Below are positions 39,821-49,395 of a DNA stretch of 64,000 bases, in pieces. A model generated the notes under the pieces. It was not told the DNA's origin. It searched no databases and saw only the letters and a program-made list of their open reading frames with translations. The first letter of the stretch is position 1. Each line of letters starts with the position of its first letter. The position numbers and the translations under genes were made by a program. This DNA is from Hoeflea sp. (GTDB taxonomy: Bacteria > Pseudomonadota > Alphaproteobacteria > Rhizobiales > Rhizobiaceae): contig NZ_JAUXOD010000135.1 of assembly GCF_030682515.1 (NCBI RefSeq), forward strand, positions 5,335 to 69,334. Direction: 5' to 3'.

Positions 39821-40339
39821 ATGTCTGAAACCAGTCTCAACACCGTCAATCTCGCAGACCGCATGGCCAATTCAGCCCAGTTCAAGGCGCTCTATGCCGA
39901 GGGCATGGGGCTGGTTGAGGAAACCGCGAACTATCTGGACGGTCCCGGCCGCATCGCGTCGAAGGCGCTGCCGCGCATGGCGGGCGTTCTCTACGCCGCG
40001 GAATCCATGCGCCTGACCACGCGGCTGATGCAGATGGCCTCCTGGCTGCTGCTGCAGCGCGCCGTCAACAATGGCGAGATGAACCGCGACCAGGTGATGG
40101 CCGAAAAGAGCAAGGTGCGCCTCGACAGCTTCAATTGCGACAAGTCCGCCCAGGGCTGGGCCGACCTGCCGGAAAGCTTCCGCGACCTGGTCGAGCGCTC
40201 GCTGCGCATCCAGAACCGCGTGGCGCTGCTCGACCGCGAAATCTACCGTCCCGCCGAAGCCGCGGCCTTGAAGCCGGACAACGAGAACTCGGTGCAGGCC
40301 CAGCAGCTCCTGCTGCAGACGGTGTTCAACAAGCGCTGA
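39821..40339 (+). CDS. rcdA: Regulator of CtrA degradation RcdA (DUF1465)
   Basis: LYAEGMGLVEETANYLDGPGR, YAAESMRLTTRLMQMASWLLLQRAV. Start at ATG 39821. Confidence 0.9.
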   Translation: MSETSLNTVNLADRMANSAQFKALYAEGMGLVEETANYLDGPGRIASKALPRMAGVLYAAESMRLTTRLMQMASWLLLQRAVNNGEMNRDQVMAEKSKVRLDSFNCDKSAQGWADLPESFRDLVERSLRIQNRVALLDREIYRPAEAAALKPDNENSVQAQQLLLQTVFNKR

Positions 40340-40369
40340 ACCGCCTTTTCAGGTCGAAAACCCTGCCAG

Positions 40370-40394
40370 GGCCCGCGAAGACGCGGGCCTTTTT
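40370..40394 (+). terminator. Intrinsic terminator after rcdA
   Basis: ggcccgcg-aaga-cgcgggcc followed by TTTTT. Confidence 0.7.
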
Positions 40395-40439
40395 GCATGG
40401 CGCGAAAGCGTCTGCGTCCGCCAGGCCGCGCAGGACACG

Positions 40440-40470
40440 AAAAAACCCGCCTGAGCGAACAGGCGGGTTT
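40440..40470 (-). terminator. Intrinsic terminator after rpmE
   Basis: aaacccgcctg/caggcgggttt stem with a U-tract on the minus strand. Confidence 0.7.
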
Positions 40471-40496
40471 CAAGTCTCCGGCCTTGGCCGGAACGA

Positions 40497-40718
40497 TTAC
40501 AGGCTGAGGCCTTCGAAACGCTTCTTGAACTTCGACAGGCGGCCGCCGCGGTCCAGCATCTGCTGGTTGCCGCCGGTCCAGGCCGGGTGCGACTTCGGGT
40601 CGATTTCGAGGTTCATGGTGTCGCCTTCGGCGCCCCAGGTCGACCGGGTCATGTATTCGGTGCCGTCGGTCATGACCACCTTGATCATGTGGTACTCGGG
40701 ATGGATGTTCGCCTTCAT
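40497..40718 (-). CDS. rpmE: 50S ribosomal protein L31
   Basis: [28 protein letters not shown]. Start at ATG 40718. Confidence 0.96.
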   Translation of the reverse strand: MKANIHPEYHMIKVVMTDGTEYMTRSTWGAEGDTMNLEIDPKSHPAWTGGNQQMLDRGGRLSKFKKRFEGLSL

Positions 40719-40920
40719 CTTCTTTGTCCTGCCGTTGGGAGGCCCCTGCGCAGCATAGCTTGCGGCAATTTGGCCAAAACATAAACGAAGCCGGTGTCTG
40801 TCAGGACAACGGCTTCCCAATTGGATGGCGAGCCTATACATGAAGGCACAATCGATAACAAGGGCCGCCTCCGTTTTTGCAGGCCCGCGGGATCACCGCA
40901 TACGCATACCAGGAGACGAC

Positions 40921-42756
40921 GTGGCTGAACAATTCGAACCCACCAAGACGGCGCGCCTGTCCGTTCGCCCGCTCACCCGTCTCGCCCCCTATGTCCTGCG
41001 CTATCCGCATCTGGTCATTGGCGCCCTCGCCTTCCTGCTGGTGGCGGCCGTCACCACCCTGTCGCTGCCCATGGCGATCCGCCGGATGATCGACCATGGC
41101 TTTTCCGCCCAGGACGCAGGCTTCATCAACAGCTACTTCTCCATGCTCGCGGGCATTGCCGTCCTTCTCGCCGTGGCGTCCGCCTGCCGCTACTACTTCG
41201 TCATCACGCTGGGCGAGCGCGTGGTCTCCGACATCCGCCGCGATGTCTTCGACCACGTCACGCAACTCTCGGCCGCCTTCTACGACGCCAACCGGTCGGG
41301 AGAGATCGTCTCGCGCCTCACCGCCGACACCACCCAGATCAAGTCGACCGTCGGCGCCACGGCGTCGCTGGCGCTGCGCAACACCATCCTGTGCGTGGGC
41401 GCGGGCGCGATGATGTTCATCACCTCGCCCAAGCTCTCCGGCCTGGTTCTGGCCGTGATCCCATTGATCGTTTTCCCGCTGGTGGGCTTCGGCCGCAAGG
41501 TGCGCAAGCGCTCGCGCGAGGCGCAGGACAGCCTGGCCGAAGCCATGACCTTCGCCGGCGAGGCCATCGGCGCAACCCGCACCGTCCAGGCCTTCAACAC
41601 CGAGAAAAGCTCCCAGGCCCGCTTCAGCCAGGCCGTCGAACTGGCCTTCGACGCAGCCCGGAAATCGATCCTGGCGCGCTCGGTGCTGACCGGCTTCGCC
41701 ATTGCCATGGCCTTCGGCTCGATCGTCGCGGTGTTGTGGTACGGCGCCCAATCGGTGCTGTCGGGAGAGATGACACCCGGAACGCTCGGTCAGTTCCTGC
41801 TCTATTCGGTCTTTGCCGCGGGCAGCCTGGGCGCCCTGTCGGAAGTGTGGGGTGAACTGTCCCAGGCCGCAGGCGCCTCCGAGCGGCTGAGCGAACTGCT
41901 GGACGAAGTGCCGAGCATCCGCGCGCCGCAATCGCCCAAGCCGCTTCCCGTGCCCGCCGTGGGCGACATCCGCTTCGAGAACGTGCATTTTGCATACCCG
42001 GCCCGGCCCGACACCTCGGCGCTGACCGGCACCAGCTTCCATGTCCGGCCCGGCGAGACAGTCGCCGTGGTCGGGGCCTCGGGTGCCGGCAAGTCGACCT
42101 TGTTCTCGCTGATCCTGAGATTCTATGACGTCACCCGGGGGGCGGTGCTGATCGACCATGTCGACGTGCGCGACGCCGACCCGGCCGAAGTGCGCGCCCG
42201 CATCGCCCTCGTGCCGCAGGACGTGACCATCTTCGCCGGCAGCGTCGGCAGCAATATTGCCTTCGGACAACCCGGCGCCAGCCAGGCGGAGATCGAGGCC
42301 GCCGCGAAGGCGGCGCAGGCGCATGACTTCATCATGGCGCTGGACAAGGGCTACGACACCCCCGTCGGCGAGCGCGGCATCACGCTCTCGGGCGGCCAGC
42401 GCCAGCGCGTGGCGATCGCCCGGGCGATCCTCAGGGACGCGCCGATCCTGCTGCTCGACGAGGCGACCTCGGCGCTGGATGCGGAAAACGAGAAACTGGT
42501 GCAGAAGGCGCTCGAGGGCCTGATGCAGAACCGCACCACGATCGTCATCGCCCACAGGCTGGCGACCGTCTTGCGCGCCGACCGCATTCTGGTCATGGAC
42601 AAGGGGCAGATCGTCGAGGAAGGCAGTCATGCCGAGCTGGTGGCGACCGGCGGCCTGTATGCCCGTCTCGCCCGCCTGCAGTTCGAACATGGCGCCGAGG
42701 CCCTGACGCTCGAAACCAGGTCAGGGATGGCAAGCGTCGCCGGCGATCAAGCTTGA
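40921..42756 (+). CDS. ABC exporter, fused TMD-NBD (MsbA/ABCB-like)
   Basis: Six TM segments, [35 protein letters not shown] 40921 with AGGAG upstream. Confidence 0.92.
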   Translation: MAEQFEPTKTARLSVRPLTRLAPYVLRYPHLVIGALAFLLVAAVTTLSLPMAIRRMIDHGFSAQDAGFINSYFSMLAGIAVLLAVASACRYYFVITLGERVVSDIRRDVFDHVTQLSAAFYDANRSGEIVSRLTADTTQIKSTVGATASLALRNTILCVGAGAMMFITSPKLSGLVLAVIPLIVFPLVGFGRKVRKRSREAQDSLAEAMTFAGEAIGATRTVQAFNTEKSSQARFSQAVELAFDAARKSILARSVLTGFAIAMAFGSIVAVLWYGAQSVLSGEMTPGTLGQFLLYSVFAAGSLGALSEVWGELSQAAGASERLSELLDEVPSIRAPQSPKPLPVPAVGDIRFENVHFAYPARPDTSALTGTSFHVRPGETVAVVGASGAGKSTLFSLILRFYDVTRGAVLIDHVDVRDADPAEVRARIALVPQDVTIFAGSVGSNIAFGQPGASQAEIEAAAKAAQAHDFIMALDKGYDTPVGERGITLSGGQRQRVAIARAILRDAPILLLDEATSALDAENEKLVQKALEGLMQNRTTIVIAHRLATVLRADRILVMDKGQIVEEGSHAELVATGGLYARLARLQFEHGAEALTLETRSGMASVAGDQA

Positions 42757-42886
42757 AAAGCAAGTGTAACAATCTTGTGAAAGCGCTCAAATCAGGATAA
42801 TCATCCGGTGTTCGTCTGGAAGCCACGCGGGGGACGGGACGCCTGTCCGCGGGCTATAACAGGAACATTCAGAAGGTGTATCCACG

Positions 42887-43798
42887 ATGCGGAATGACGC
42901 GGAGTGGCGAACCCTGCTTCTGGCAGGCGTTTGCTATGCTGTGTGGTTGTTGCTGACGTTTGGGTGGGCGGATCTGCCGGACATTGTGCGTGTCCTTGTG
43001 CTGATCCCCACGATTACGCTGCATTCCTCGCTCCAGCATGAATTTTTGCACGGCCACCCATTCAGGACCCAGAAACTCAACGATCTCCTGATCTCCCCGC
43101 CCATCGGAGTGCTGGTGCCCTACCTGCGCTTCAAATCCTGCCACCTCACCCACCACATCAACGAGAACATCACCGACCCCTATGACGACCCGGAGAGCTA
43201 CTATCTCGACCGGACGGTCTGGGCGTCGCTGCCCTCGTGGTTCCAAAGCCTGCTTGTGGCCAACAACACCCTGGTCGGCCGGATGACGCTCGGACCGGCG
43301 CTTGCCACGGTTGGCTTCCTGCGCAGCGAGTTCACCCGCGCGAGCGCCGGCGACAGGGAGATACTTACGATATGGCTGCGTCATGTTCTGGCAGTAGCCG
43401 TGCTGTTCTGGCTGATCTCCGCCTATGGCAGCCTGCCGCCGATCGCCTATTTCATCGCCGCCTATTTCGGCATGGGGCTGTTGATGGTGCGCTCGTTCCT
43501 CGAGCACCAGGCGGTGGAAAAGACCAACCAGCGGTCGGTGATCATCGAAACGCGCGGGCCCCTGAGCCTGTTGTTTCTCAACAACAACTACCACTCGGTG
43601 CACCACGCCTATCCGTCGCTGGCCTGGTACCGGATTCCCGCCTTCTTCCGGGAGAACCGGGAGCGCTTCCTGCGCATGAATGGCGGCTACCGCTATGAAA
43701 GCTACTGGGAGGTGCTCCGCCGCTTTGCCTTCCGGCCCAAGGAACCTGTGGCATGGCCAATGGAGCGCCCTCGCAAACGCCGCGGCGACTCCCTGTGA
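42887..43798 (+). CDS. Fatty-acid-desaturase-family membrane di-iron enzyme
   Basis: His boxes HSSLQHEFLH, CHLTHH and NYHSVHH; hydrophobic segments. Confidence 0.85.
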   Translation: MRNDAEWRTLLLAGVCYAVWLLLTFGWADLPDIVRVLVLIPTITLHSSLQHEFLHGHPFRTQKLNDLLISPPIGVLVPYLRFKSCHLTHHINENITDPYDDPESYYLDRTVWASLPSWFQSLLVANNTLVGRMTLGPALATVGFLRSEFTRASAGDREILTIWLRHVLAVAVLFWLISAYGSLPPIAYFIAAYFGMGLLMVRSFLEHQAVEKTNQRSVIIETRGPLSLLFLNNNYHSVHHAYPSLAWYRIPAFFRENRERFLRMNGGYRYESYWEVLRRFAFRPKEPVAWPMERPRKRRGDSL

Positions 43799-44616
43799 GC
43801 TCATCATCAGACACGGGAGGCGAAGCCCCGCACGGCATCGCCTCCCTGCCCATGTATGACTGGCCTGAGATCAGGCCCGCCACGGACGCCCTGTGGGCCG
43901 GGATTCGCGACCAGCTGTCGCGGCGGGGCCTCGACGCACCCGCAACGCTCGACCGGAGCGCGGATCCGGAGCCGCTCTGGACCGATCCGGGACTGATCCT
44001 GTCGCAGACCTGCGGCTATCCCTTTGCCACCAGGCTGACAGGCAGGGCGGTGCTCGTGGGGACGCCGGCACATGCAGCGACCGGCGCCGGGCCCGGCCGC
44101 TATTTCAGCGTGCTGGTCGCACGGAAAGGCGAAGTGCCGGACGGCTCGGGCGATCTCGCGGGCAAGCGCTTTGCCTTCAACACGAGGCACTCGCAATCGG
44201 GCTTTGCCGCCCCCGTCCGGCTGCTGGCCGCGGGCGGGCACGTGTCCCTGCCCCCGCCGCTCGAAACAGGCGCGCATCGGGCGTCGATCCGCGCCGTGGC
44301 CGAAGGCACGGCGGACTGGGCGGCGATCGACGCCGTGGCCTGGGAACTGGCAAGGCGCCATGACCCTTCGGCCAGGGATCTGGTCGTCTTCGCCCGAACG
44401 CCCGAAACACCGGGACTGCCGCTGATCACCAGCCTGGTCCACGCGGACGGCGCGGACGCTATCGCGGCCGCTGTCGAGGCAGCGATCCATGCGCTTGAGC
44501 CGGAGGTTCGCGAGGCCGTGCTTCTGACCGGGCTGGTGCGGTTCACGCCGGCGGACTACGCGCCGCTGGCGGCTGAATTGCCCGTGCGCCAGGTCCTGCC
44601 GGGCCTGGACAGCTGA
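43795..44616 (+). CDS. PhnD/SsuA-like substrate-binding-fold protein without a signal peptide
   Basis: ASLPMYDW, QTCGYPF, NTRHSQSG, GAHRASIRAV, AAIDAV. GTG 43795 overlaps the desaturase TGA (start inferred). Confidence 0.7.
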   Translation: MSSSSDTGGEAPHGIASLPMYDWPEIRPATDALWAGIRDQLSRRGLDAPATLDRSADPEPLWTDPGLILSQTCGYPFATRLTGRAVLVGTPAHAATGAGPGRYFSVLVARKGEVPDGSGDLAGKRFAFNTRHSQSGFAAPVRLLAAGGHVSLPPPLETGAHRASIRAVAEGTADWAAIDAVAWELARRHDPSARDLVVFARTPETPGLPLITSLVHADGADAIAAAVEAAIHALEPEVREAVLLTGLVRFTPADYAPLAAELPVRQVLPGLDS

Positions 44617-44625
44617 CAAGCGCCG

Positions 44626-45657
44626 TCAGCGTTCGGTGAGCTTGAGCTCGATGCGGCGGTTGGTGGCGCGGTCCTGGTCCGTGTCGCCTTCAGTGATCGG
44701 CTGGAACTCGCCGAAGCCCGCCGCCACCAGCCGGTTGGCCGGCACGCCGTTGGCGACCAGGTACTTGACCACCGACGTGGCGCGCGCGCTCGAAAGCTCC
44801 CAGTTGTCGGCATAGCGGCCGGTGCCCGACAGCGGCACGTTGTCTGTATGCCCGTCGACACGCAGGACCCAGTTGATCTCGTCCGGGATCTCGCGGGCGA
44901 GCTCTATGATCGCGCTTGCGAGTTTAGCCATCTGTTCCTGGCCGGCCGGATTGAGTTCGTTGCCGCCGGAGGGGAACAGCACTTCCGACTGGAACACGAA
45001 ACGGTCGCCCACCACGCGCACATCCTCGCGGCTCGAAAGGATTTCGCGCAGGCGGCCGAAGAAGTCGGACCGGTAGCGGTTGAGCTCCTGCACGCGCTGC
45101 GCCAGCGCCACGTTCAGGCGCCGCCCCAGATCGGCGATCTTGGTCTGGGTCTCCCGGTCCTTGGTCTCGGACACCTCGAGCGCATCCTCGAGAGCGCCAA
45201 GCTGGGTCCTGAGCGCGGCAATCTGCTGGTTGAGCAGGTCGACCTGGTTGAGCGCCCGCTGCGAGACCTGTTTTTCCGCGTCCAGCGTCTCCGACAGCGT
45301 GCCGATACGGGCTTCCGCGGCCTCGCTCGCGCCCGAGCCGCTGGCCAGGAGCTCCTGCAGCCGGGACCGGTCGGACTCCGACTGCGACAGCGATGCCTGC
45401 AGATTGGCGAGCGTATCCTCAAGATCCTGCTTTCCGGAGCGCTCGAGCGCCAGGAGCTGGGTCAGTTCGTTGATCTGGCTGTTGAGCCGGTTGAGCACCT
45501 GGTCCCGGCCGGAGATCTCGCGCGACAGGAAGAACTGCGCCAGCACGAACACCGTGAGCAGGAACATGATGGCGAGCAGCAGGGTCGACAGGGCGTCGAC
45601 GAATCCCGGCCAGTAGTCGACCGCATGTTCCCGCCGCCGGTTCCGCGCCAGCGCCAT
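44626..45657 (-). CDS. MotB/OmpA-like peptidoglycan-binding protein with a long coiled coil
   Basis: N-terminal TM WPGFVDALSTLLL (contains Asp), coiled coil, OmpA-like domain with VDGHTDNVP, NWELSSARA, NRRIE. Confidence 0.85.
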   Translation of the reverse strand: MALARNRRREHAVDYWPGFVDALSTLLLAIMFLLTVFVLAQFFLSREISGRDQVLNRLNSQINELTQLLALERSGKQDLEDTLANLQASLSQSESDRSRLQELLASGSGASEAAEARIGTLSETLDAEKQVSQRALNQVDLLNQQIAALRTQLGALEDALEVSETKDRETQTKIADLGRRLNVALAQRVQELNRYRSDFFGRLREILSSREDVRVVGDRFVFQSEVLFPSGGNELNPAGQEQMAKLASAIIELAREIPDEINWVLRVDGHTDNVPLSGTGRYADNWELSSARATSVVKYLVANGVPANRLVAAGFGEFQPITEGDTDQDRATNRRIELKLTER

Positions 45658-45659
45658 GC

Positions 45660-46682
45660 CTACTTGTCCCCGATCTTGTCGGCGAGCTTGTCGAGCGTTT
45701 CGCGCATCCGCCGCGATTCCACCTGCTGGGCTTCGATCCAGTCACGCAGCATCTGCTGCTCGTTGCGCATGTTCTTGACCAGGCCCTGGATGCCCTCGGC
45801 CAGGCTCGCCATCGCCGCCGTGGTCCGGGGCGTCATGCCCGAATCCTGCGACAGCTTCTGCATCCGCTCGGACAGCATCCGGATTTCCTCGGTGGCGCCG
45901 GCGCTGTCGGACGGCATGGCCATGCCGGAATCAAGATCGGTCATCGTCGACAGCCAGTTTTCGAGCTCGGTGTAGAACCGGTTCTGCGCCCGTCCCGCCT
46001 GCAGATCGAGAAATCCGAGGATCAGCGATCCGGCGAGGCCGAACAGCGAGGAGGAAAACGCCGTGCCCATGCCGTCAAGCGGCGCCGACAGGCCGGTCTT
46101 CAGCGTCGACAGCACGTCGTCCGCGCCGCCGGTTCCCGGATCCAGCGACTGGATCACCTGGTTGATCGATCCGATGGTGCCAAGCAGGCCCCAGAACGTG
46201 CCGAGCAGGCCCAGGAACACCAGAAGACCGATCAGGTAGCGCGAGGTGTCGCGCGACTCGTCAAGCCGGGTGGCGATGGAATCGAGGATCGACCGGAGCG
46301 AGGTGGTCGACAGCGCCATCGACTGGCGGCGGCCGATCAGCGCGCGCATCGGCGCCAGCAGCACCGGGTCGCGCCCGACCTTCTCGGCGTCGCCGGTGGC
46401 GCGCAGCGAATTGACCCAGCGCACTTCCGGACGCAGCCGGATGACATGGGTGAACACCAGGAGCACGCCGACCGCCAGCACCCCGAGGATCAGGCCGTTC
46501 AGCCCGGGATTGGCGAGAAACGCCGTCTGGATCTGCCGGTAGAGAATGGCCGCGACAAAACCGGAGAGGATGAGAAAGATCATCATGCTCCAGAAAAACA
46601 CCAGCGGACTGGAGAGCTTGTAGGGATCGGCCCCGCTGCCGTCTTCCGAGATGCCCCATCCTGACAATGTCAGTTTTGCCAT
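45660..46682 (-). CDS. MotA/TolQ/ExbB-like proton-channel subunit
   Basis: TM motifs LVFLGLLGTFWGL and GMGTAFSSSLFGLAGS; cytoplasmic coiled-coil tail; ends 2 bp before the MotB-like gene. Confidence 0.8.
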   Translation of the reverse strand: MAKLTLSGWGISEDGSGADPYKLSSPLVFFWSMMIFLILSGFVAAILYRQIQTAFLANPGLNGLILGVLAVGVLLVFTHVIRLRPEVRWVNSLRATGDAEKVGRDPVLLAPMRALIGRRQSMALSTTSLRSILDSIATRLDESRDTSRYLIGLLVFLGLLGTFWGLLGTIGSINQVIQSLDPGTGGADDVLSTLKTGLSAPLDGMGTAFSSSLFGLAGSLILGFLDLQAGRAQNRFYTELENWLSTMTDLDSGMAMPSDSAGATEEIRMLSERMQKLSQDSGMTPRTTAAMASLAEGIQGLVKNMRNEQQMLRDWIEAQQVESRRMRETLDKLADKIGDK

Positions 46683-46752
46683 GCGTTGTCCGTCCTGGCC
46701 TTTGTCTCAAATCACAAGATTGTGCGAAGACTAGCCGATATTATGGCGGAAA

Positions 46753-46768
46753 TGAAAGCATGCTTTCA
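46753..46768. promoter_or_regulatory. Perfect 16-bp palindrome overlapping a candidate promoter of the MotA/MotB-like operon
   Basis: TGAAAGCATGCTTTCA; minus strand TTGAAA (46769-46764)-18 nt-CATAAT (46745-46740). Confidence 0.4.
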
Positions 46769-46791
46769 AAACAATGCTGTGACGGCGCTTC

Positions 46792-47592
46792 TCAGACCGT
46801 CGGAACAGGCCGCTGGATGAGGTCGAGAAGGCCCTTGAGCACATATTCATTGCCGGCCGCCACGGACTTGGTGCCGAACATGTCGGTGCCGCCAGTCATG
46901 TCGGAGACGAACCCGCCCGCTTCCCGGATCAGGATGAGGCCAGCAGCCATGTCCCAGGGCTCGAGAGGCTTTTCCCAGAACCCGTCAAGCCGACCGGCCG
47001 CCACGTAGGCGAGATCCAGCGCCGCCGCGCCCATGCGGCGGATGCCTGCGCATTCGCCCATGACATGGCGCAGCTCCACCAGGAACTTGCCGTGATGGCC
47101 GCGCCCGAGATGCGGCACGCCTGTCCCGATAACAGCATCCGACATCGCCCTGCGGCCGGCAACCCGGAGGCGCCGGTCGTTCAAAAACGCGCCGCCGCCG
47201 CGTTCGGCGGTGTAGAGCTCATCGGTCGAAGGATTGTAGATGACGCCGGCAACGATCTCGCCATTGCGCTCGAGCGCGATCGACACGGCGAAATGCGGCA
47301 TGCCGTGCAGGAAATTCGTGGTGCCGTCGAGCGGATCGACGATCCAGCGATGGGCGCCGTCGGTACCCGTCAGCTCATCGCTCTCCTCGCCCATGAAGCC
47401 ATAGGTGGGGCGCGCCCGCAGAAGCTCTGTCTTGATGATGGCTTCGGCCTTGCGGTCGGCCTGGCTGACATAGTCTCCCGGTCCCTTGAGCGAGACCTGC
47501 AGGTTCTGGACCTCGCCGAAATCGCGCGCAAGCGAGCGACCGGCCTTGAGCGCCGACTGGACCATCACGTTGAGAAGGGCTGAACGCGCCAT
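46792..47592 (-). CDS. suhB: Inositol monophosphatase family protein
   Basis: GEES, WIVDPLDGTTNF, RRMGAAALDLAYVAAGRLDGFWE, PWDMAAG. Confidence 0.92.
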   Translation of the reverse strand: MARSALLNVMVQSALKAGRSLARDFGEVQNLQVSLKGPGDYVSQADRKAEAIIKTELLRARPTYGFMGEESDELTGTDGAHRWIVDPLDGTTNFLHGMPHFAVSIALERNGEIVAGVIYNPSTDELYTAERGGGAFLNDRRLRVAGRRAMSDAVIGTGVPHLGRGHHGKFLVELRHVMGECAGIRRMGAAALDLAYVAAGRLDGFWEKPLEPWDMAAGLILIREAGGFVSDMTGGTDMFGTKSVAAGNEYVLKGLLDLIQRPVPTV

Positions 47593-47646
47593 CTGTGTTC
47601 TTCCTTGGGTGGGGCGGCGCGATGCCGGTCGCGGCCGGAATCAGTT

Positions 47647-48210
47647 TCAGTCGGCGCGGCGCAGATAGGTCAGTTCATTGGTGTCGACGACCACCCGTTC
47701 GCCGGACGCGATGAACGGCGGCACCAGGATGCGCACGCCGTTTTCCAGGATCGCAGGCTTGTAGGACGAGGCCGCGGTCTGGCCCTTGACCACCGGATCG
47801 GCTTCGGCGATCGTCAGCGTCACCTGATCGGGCAGCGCGATGCCGATCGGCCGCTCGTCATAGAGCTCGACGGTCACCATCATGCCGTCCTGGAGGAAGG
47901 CGCGGCGGTCGCCGACGAAATCCTTCTGCAGCTCGAGCTGCTCGTAGCTTTCGAGATCCATGAACACCAGCGCTTCGCCCTGCTCGAACAGGAACTGGAA
48001 ATCCTTCTGCTCGAGCCGGATGCGCTCGACCGTCTCGGACGAGCGGAACCGTTCGTTGAGCTTGGTGCCGTCGATGAGGTTCTTCAGCTCGACCTGGTTG
48101 AAGGCGCCGCCCTTGCCGGGCTTGACCGCGTTGGTTTTGACCACGGCCCACAGGCCGCCATTGTGCTCAAGCACGTTGCCGGGGCGAATTTCATTTCCGT
48201 TGATTTTCAT
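47647..48210 (-). CDS. efp: Elongation factor P
   Basis: [31 protein letters not shown]. Start at ATG 48210. Confidence 0.96.
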   Translation of the reverse strand: MKINGNEIRPGNVLEHNGGLWAVVKTNAVKPGKGGAFNQVELKNLIDGTKLNERFRSSETVERIRLEQKDFQFLFEQGEALVFMDLESYEQLELQKDFVGDRRAFLQDGMMVTVELYDERPIGIALPDQVTLTIAEADPVVKGQTAASSYKPAILENGVRILVPPFIASGERVVVDTNELTYLRRAD

Positions 48211-48330
48211 GGGAGCATTCCGCGTCAGCTTGATCCGGCCCGGTTTTCGGCGCCGCTTGGCGGCCTCAAGACCACAAATGACCGAGCTTTTCAAGTCTGG
48301 CGCACAATCAGCGCGCCCCTGCGTCCCGGC

Positions 48331-49395
48331 TCAGCGCCTGCCGAACCGGTTTGCGGCCTCGATGGCCTGTTTTTGTTCTTCTTCCGTCAGGCCCTGGTAG
48401 AAGTCATCCAGCGACCGGTCATTGTATCCGGCCCGGCGCGACAGGATGTACCACTTGGCCGCCTCCACCGGATCACCCAGGGTGCCGATGGCGTTGATGT
48501 TGAGAACCGCCATGCGGTTCTGCGCCAGCACATTGCCCCGGGTCGCAGCAACCTTCATCCAGCGGTATCCGTTCTCGTAGTCCTTGGGGCCGCCGATCCC
48601 GTCGATCAGCCACATGGCATAGTCAAGCTGCGCGGTGTCGAAACCGCCGCGCGCAGCCTTCTCCATGAATTCCCTCGCCCTCGCCCGCTTCTCGTCGGGA
48701 ACGCCGCTAGTGTTGCTGTAGATCTGCGCCAGCGCGTATTGGGCGTCCGGAATGCCCTGTTCCGCCGCCCTCTCGAAATAGGGCAGGGCCTCCAGAATGC
48801 CCGCGTCCCCGGGCTTCTTGGACACGAGCGCCTGAGCATGGTTGAACTGGCCGAAGGCATTGCCCGCGTCCGCGGCCTTCTTCATCAGCTCTTCGGCCCT
48901 GGCCGGGTCGGCCTTCACATGCCTGCCCTCAAGCAGCATCACGCCATATTTGAACTGAGCCGACGGATCGCCGGCCTCGGCGGCCTGGCCATACCAGAAG
49001 GCGGCGTCGTCCATGCTGCGCCCCACTCCGAGACCCGCCGCGAAAAGCTCCGCAACCAGTGTCTGCGCCGCGGGGTCGCCTTCCTGCGCGCGCGGCAGCG
49101 CCAGCTCCATCGCCGTGAGATAGTAGCCGCGCTGGAAGGCGCCAAAGGCCTGCGCGGTCCCGTCCGCAGGCGCCGTGGCGTCGGCGGGCGCTGCGGCGTC
49201 GCCTGCCGCGGGGGCAGTGCTCCCGGCCTCACCGGCTTCCGCCGGTGCCGCCTCCGCGCCGTCGCTGTCCTGGGCGTGGACCGGCGCGCTCAGGAGCGCC
49301 AGCACCGCCGCCAGGGGCAGCCATCGTGAGGTTTGGTAGGACATGGCGGCGGACCTGCGGGACTTCGGGACTTCAGGATCAGTCAATCGGCGCAT
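48331..49395 (-). CDS. Exported Sel1-repeat protein
   Basis: Signal-like segment (WLPLAAVLALLSAPVHA) and repeated AQ..(Y/L)G..A..W Sel1 units. Start is 49395 (overlapping the upstream stop) or 49344. Confidence 0.85.
   Translation of the reverse strand: MRRLTDPEVPKSRRSAAMSYQTSRWLPLAAVLALLSAPVHAQDSDGAEAAPAEAGEAGSTAPAAGDAAAPADATAPADGTAQAFGAFQRGYYLTAMELALPRAQEGDPAAQTLVAELFAAGLGVGRSMDDAAFWYGQAAEAGDPSAQFKYGVMLLEGRHVKADPARAEELMKKAADAGNAFGQFNHAQALVSKKPGDAGILEALPYFERAAEQGIPDAQYALAQIYSNTSGVPDEKRARAREFMEKAARGGFDTAQLDYAMWLIDGIGGPKDYENGYRWMKVAATRGNVLAQNRMAVLNINAIGTLGDPVEAAKWYILSRRAGYNDRSLDDFYQGLTEEEQKQAIEAANRFGRR

Noticed and set aside
42766-42783. Pho-box-like CTTTCAC-AAGA-TTGTTAC near the desaturase/PhnD-like pair
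   Set aside because: It reads on the strand opposite to the genes and has mismatches; attractive because of the PhnD-like fold but not supportable.
44626-46682. MotA/MotB-like pair as a Zorya anti-phage system
   Set aside because: No ZorC/D/E-like nuclease or helicase genes are adjacent, and the context is housekeeping.
42769-46723. Identical 12-mer ACAATCTTGTGA upstream of the desaturase (42769-42780) and the MotA-like gene (46723-46712), plus a similar TGTGAA(A)GCGCTCAAA at 26602 and 42776
   Set aside because: With roughly 6 kb of intergenic DNA compared on both strands, a couple of exact 12-mer matches are expected by chance; distances to the starts differ and the genes are not obviously related. 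A genome-wide enrichment test would be needed.
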